Below, piece by piece: positions 55,859 through 64,000 of a stretch of DNA of 64,000 nt; within the stretch, counting starts at the first letter, position 1, and the number at the start of each line of letters is the position of its first letter. The stretch comes from the human T2T-CHM13v2.0 reference genome, Homo sapiens. The notes under the pieces were generated by a model. That model searched no databases. It worked only from the letters and a program-made list of their open reading frames with translations, and was not told the origin of the DNA. The stretch lies in assembly GCA_009914755.4 (NCBI GenBank), contig CP068257.2, positions 2,112,001 through 2,176,000 on the forward strand, given 5' to 3'. Made by a program: the position numbers and the translations under genes.

Positions 55859-58299
55859 TTCATTTCCACTTAAGTATCTATCTCTATTTGTCCTTTATTT
55901 TCACTTCCATCCTAGCTCTATCCCTTGTCTCCTTCGTGTGTCTCAGGATAAGTGCCCTATAACATTTTATACTTCTGGAAACCCTTCAATATAATGTTAT
56001 TACATGTAAAAATAAAAAGTCTGTTTTAGCGAACTCTTTCTTCACAAATTATCTTTTCCTACTTCCCTATTAGACAATTTTTGTAGGCTCCATATGCTAT
56101 TAATTTATATTCACTTTTAGAAGAATTTTCATCAAAAGCAAAAGTCTTATGTAAATCGTTTATATGCTATTTGTACTTCTGTGTATATATACACGCATAG
56201 CCACATACATATATGTAACTCCAGAGGCCTGCCTGGACTGTTAAATAACTGTATTGAACAAGAGCAAGAAAAAGCTGTTCAAATTTCAAACAACAAGTTG
56301 AACTGAAGAGCTCACATCTTTGAATGAAATAGACACTAGTAGCCTTTAAAAATTAAACATTTCTACTGTTTTAAAAAATTATAGGCATCATAGTATGAGG
56401 AAAAAATGTAATAATCCTTTTTAATTCTTGCCATTTTATTAACCACGGACTCCTTATGCCCTGACTTCATTGGTACCCCTTTGAGATTAAACAGAACAAT
56501 TAATTTAAAATTCTGATAAATAAATAAATTACACCATTTACTTGAGGTACTCTTTCACCTTTCAAGAAATATTTTGAGAATTCATTAGCTAAATATTGCT
56601 ATAATGCAGGCTAGTAATAAATAGAAATAATGATTTCATTGTAAAGTTTAAACTAATGATGGTATGATCTGGAATTTTTGTTAACCTAGAAGACATAATT
56701 AGCTCTACAGGTGAAATGAAAGACAAAATCACTTCACATATTAGTAAAAAACAAATAATATAACTTTATAAGCTACTGCTGTTCTTTTGCTGTTAAGAAC
56801 CAATGACATCTGTAATTAGGGAAGATTATGGAAAGGTTAAAGGTGAGAATACATGCAGTCTATATACAGGAAACCCAAACTGTTTAGGTTAAGGAAATGT
56901 CTGCAAAAGTCATATTAATTAGCAGGTTCACAGGAAACTAACATTTATTGTATAAATTCCATGGTCAAATGTATTAGGGCTCCACGCACACAACTGTGCG
57001 CCATCTATGTTACCACACAGTGCTTACTTCTTTCAGTCTTTATTCATTTCTCTCCTAATGGTCTGTATGGTATTATTACATAGTTCTAAAAACCTTCCAT
57101 GAGGCAGAAATTTCATTTAATGATACAGCTTCAAAAATAATGAAAACCAGTAGAAACTTTCTATTTTTTTATGAAGCAGAATTATTGAATTTTCAGTTTC
57201 ATTTATTTAATGTTACAAGAGGACAAACATATTTCTTTAATTCCTTCTTGTTATTTTTGTCTAACATCAACCAAAGCCATTTCTTTCATTTGAAGGTGAA
57301 AACTGCTCATCAAAATCCAGTTTAAGCTGAGAAACAAAGAACTAAATTTTGCATGAGACATTATACACTGCATAAATATAAAACAGGACCAGAAACAATG
57401 GTAGATTAGCAATTTTTAAAAAGACAAAAGCAGGTTATCATCAAATCAATTGTTACCAACACCCCAATTCCACCTCTAGGCCAGAAAATTAGCCACTTAC
57501 CCACGGGAAAACAATGATTGAAGACAAAGTTCACCAGTGAAAGTTGGTTATTTTTTTCCATCCTTGCATCAACTAAAATGATATCTACAGTTCCTCTTAA
57601 CACTTTTCTTACTTTCAAATATGTGGGTATGCTTCATTAGCTGAGGCCATGTTCCATATGTACATCTGGCTACAAGGGAAACTGGGAATGTGAGCCCTGA
57701 TCCTAATGTTTGTAGAGTATTTAGAAGTTTGAGAATTCCCTCCAAATAAAGAGTTTTCTAAAACATTGTTAGACAAAAAGTTTGAATTACAAAATATGGT
57801 AGTAGCTCAGGTCTAAACCAAATGCAGGGAAAAAACTATTAACTCTAAAAAAATTAAATACACATTTGATGGTAATGAGAAACAGAAAACAGGCAGAAAT
57901 AGTAGAATACTCCACTAATGATGAAGTATTTGACCATTGAATAAAGAAAATTGCAATGATTTAAATTTGCATCAAGGCAACTTCACACCTGATGACGCTT
58001 CCCAGTCTGTGCAAAATTAGATGTCTACGAGTAAAGCGGTGAGTTTTACTAGCTTGAGGAATAAGAGCACAGAGTTCCAGGCTGACAGAAAAGAGGAACT
58101 GGGAAATTTAAATGACATGGGAGGACATCTCACACAACTGAAAGTCACAGAGGAGAATATCACAGAGTAAAAATCTAAAATCAGCACTTCAACTTCATTC
58201 AAATATATGATGGCTGCTACATTTCACATTCATAAAAGGAGACTCCATAGAATCCAGCAGAAAACAACAGCTAAATTGCTAGTACAGAGCAGAGATTTC

Positions 58300-61400
<3,101 letters not shown>

Positions 61401-61429
61401 ATTCTAATCTGTGATTCTAATGAATTTGG

Positions 61430-62010
61430 CTATCTTAGATACTTTATACAAGTGGAATCATACAGTTTGTCCTTCTGTGACTGATTTACTTTACTTAGCA
61501 TTAATGTCCTCTAGGTTCATCCATGTTGCATATTGACGGGCTTTCTTGTTTTAAAGCTGAATAATATTCCGTTGTATGAATATACCACATTTTCTTTATC
61601 TTTTCATCTGCCAATAGACATTAACCTTATTCCCACATTTTAATTAGTGTAAATAATGCTGCAATGAACCTGAGAATCATCCCAATCTCCATTCTTTCAG
61701 ATAAATAACCTGAAGTGAGACTACTAGATCATATGCTAGTTCTAATTTCTTAATTTATTTGAGGAACCACCGTACTGTTTTCCATAGAGGATGCACAGTT
61801 TTACTTTCCCAGAAACACTGTAGAAGTGTTCCAATTTCTCCCCATTGTTAACACTCGTTATCTTTTTCTTTCAATAAGACCATTCTAAAGGGCTTGAGGC
61901 AATATCTCTTTGTGGTTTTGATTTGCATTTCCCTGATTAGTGATGCTGAGCATTTTTTTCATGTATCTGTTGGTCATGTGGATATTTTCTTTGGAGAAAT
62001 ATCTATTGCT
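61430..62010 (-). mobile_element. Older L1 (L1M/L1PB-type) ORF2 C-terminal/3' region in inverted orientation relative to the adjacent L1M segment.
   Basis: ...gaatataccacattttctttatcttttcatctgccaatagacatt...tgttttccatagaggatgcacagttttactttcccagaaacactgtagaagtgttccaatttctccccattgttaacactcgttatc...ctctttgtggttttgatttgcatttccctgattagtgatgctgagcatttttttcatgtatctgttggtcatgtggatattttctttggagaaatatctattgc is the reverse complement of the conserved L1 ORF2 C-terminal region. The same region is seen in sense at about 42,730-42,830 in the full-length L1. Confidence 0.8.
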
Positions 62011-64000
62011 GATTTAAAAAAAAAAACTCTCAGCAAGCTAGATAAAGAAATTTTCTCGAAGTGATGGAAAGCATCCACAACAAAACATATAAACAATACT
62101 ATATTTAATGGTGAAAGCGTAAATGTTTAAACCACATAGATTAGGACAAGAAAGGGATGTGTGTGTTCATCACCTCTATTCAACATTGTACTGGTGATCC
62201 TAGATTTTGAGTATAAATATTTAGGGGACAACTATTGTCACTGAAGCCCAAATCTTGGTCATCCTCAGAAAAAAAAAAAAGTTGATTAGGTTGTATATAA
62301 TCTAATTTTACTTGCTAATTTAATTTCTCTAAAATTGCAGCTTGTATCAACTCTAGAATTTATTGGGCACCTCCTAGGACATAAACACTGGAATTTGGTG
62401 AGAGACGTCAAATAGGAAAGAACCTGGCTCTGACATAAATTCAACACACGGAGGGGGACACATGTTATGAGACTGACCTGGCCTCTTCATCTCATAAAAG
62501 GGGTTCTTGTTGCTTGTAACACAGATTAAAACTATTTCAATTACATTCAAGATAAAAAGATTAGCAATGGTATGTAAGATGAAAAAATCACCCCGCAGGA
62601 AGACGAAAGTCTCACAAAAGGATATTTAAGCTAGCCAACACTTTGAAATTCGGGCAGAGATCGTGATTTCTGGGCGAACTAAAGTAGCAAGAACAAAGTA
62701 GAGGCTCCAATTCTAGGAAAAATGGGTCCTAATAAGGTTTACAATCCAGAAACTCAAGATATCCAGACAGAAGGATGCAGTCTCCGCTTTCAAGGCAGCA
62801 GCAGTACCTGGATTACTAAGCCAATCCCCAACACAATCATAAACACAAATTTGATTGAGGAAGAAGCTTGCCCACCAGAAGATTTAGGTTATTACAAGGT
62901 AGAATGTGATAGAGAAAATGAGCATGGGACTGGAAAGAAAAGGAGGTAGCCCCATGATTACAACTGGAATATATGTGTCAGCGATGGTGCGGAAATAAGA
63001 CTGAAGAGAGAGATCCTTAAACCCCACGTGCCTTACATCAGGACTAATCCTGGACACAGGCTGGAAAGCATAGCCTACAGGTGGTGAGGCAGGAGGAGTG
63101 GGCTCAGCTGTGAGAAGGAGAAGGAAATATGGCTGAAAACTAGATAGGGGTCTTGAAATCACACCGAGGATTTGGGCCTTTGCTGCTGTCTGCCAGCAGC
63201 TGCCAGTAGTTCTCACACTTTGGCTGGCAACAAAATCACCTGGGGCAGTGGTGCGGAAGCGGGGGGAGTGTTGTAAAACCACAAGTGACCAGGCAAAAAA
63301 CACCTGTATGTTTTCCAATTCAGTAAGTACAGAAATATTAATTGGAAAAAGGTGGAGGTCAGACATTGATAGTGCTGTGGACTGCTCCAGGGACGTAAGC
63401 ATGATCTTTAGAGAGGTGACTCTAATCAATTGAGGGCAACCACTGGACAGAAAGAGGTCCAGACCAACCATACACAGAGACATCATACAACTACTCTTTA
63501 GCAACCTCTCCAAATAACATGTCTCTTAGTGAAACTTGGGAGGTTGAAAGTTAAAAACATAAAATCCAGTGACATTTATGTATCCTAGGCACTTACATTT
63601 GTCTGATTCTTCCAACTTGCCTTTGCTTGGTTAGAGTTTTGGGTAGATAAGAGGTGGATTTACATGTGCTAGTGTGAGAACTTTGATACACTCATTTAGA
63701 CATTGACCTACTATCTTGTTTGAAAGCTAAAACCCAAAGAAATTTGTCTTTTTACATAAAACAAATTCAGCCCTTGCCTTCCTTGTAGATTACATCTTCC
63801 ACTAGCAGTAATAAAAAAGTAACAATATGCATAAGTCAAAGTATCTTCTTAGATCCTCTGTAGTGTTTTATTATTTAGTTGTGTTAATTAAAGTAACTGT
63901 CTCAAAATTTCAAGGAATGCCTGAGAAGAAATTCATGTTCAAAGGCTGCCCTCTTGTGACAATGTGTTGTATGCTTTACTGTAAAAGTAACCTTATTTTA

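Noticed and set aside
62884-63513. Longest ORF outside transposable elements, 209 aa on the minus strand.
   Set aside because: It shows no recognisable domain, has a Pro/Ser/Leu-rich low-complexity composition, and overlaps a plus-strand 75-aa ORF. The local DNA contains a MER5/hAT-like motif, agttctcacactttggctggcaacaaaatcacctggggcag, which suggests an old repeat. It is most likely a chance ORF and cannot be supported as an exon without splice or conservation evidence.

Overview
This window is primate, almost certainly human or a close hominid. It crosses the edge of a pericentromeric HSat3-type satellite array into ordinary L1/Alu-rich, AT-rich DNA. It is not prokaryotic, so the six-frame ORF track is largely uninformative. 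Positions 1-20,547 are a (GGAAT)n/(GGAGT)n pentamer satellite punctuated about 55 times by a ~60-75 bp module derived from the 3' end of an Alu. All copies of that module share orientation, truncation point and CpG decay. The array is organised into at least four tandem copies of a ~4.6-4.8 kb higher-order repeat, with nested local duplications. The long ORFs of 200-1231 aa across this region (HSIPF... on the minus strand, MEWNG... on the plus strand) are stop-free frames created by the pentamer periodicity and are not genes. The array ends abruptly at 20,547/20,548 against an internal L1 ORF2 fragment. The remaining 43 kb is AT-rich sequence with no credible protein-coding exon. It holds a full-length but ORF-disrupted L1PA element flanked by target-site duplications (37,351-43,478), three 5'-truncated young L1 3' ends in minus orientation, an ancient L1M interrupted by a young AluY, and several other Alus, including a closely spaced inverted pair. 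It also holds a MER5-like hAT relic, microsatellites and two small local duplications. I see no CRISPR array, no RNA gene, no operon-like arrangement and no novel protein system. The material of interest is the satellite architecture and the array boundary.
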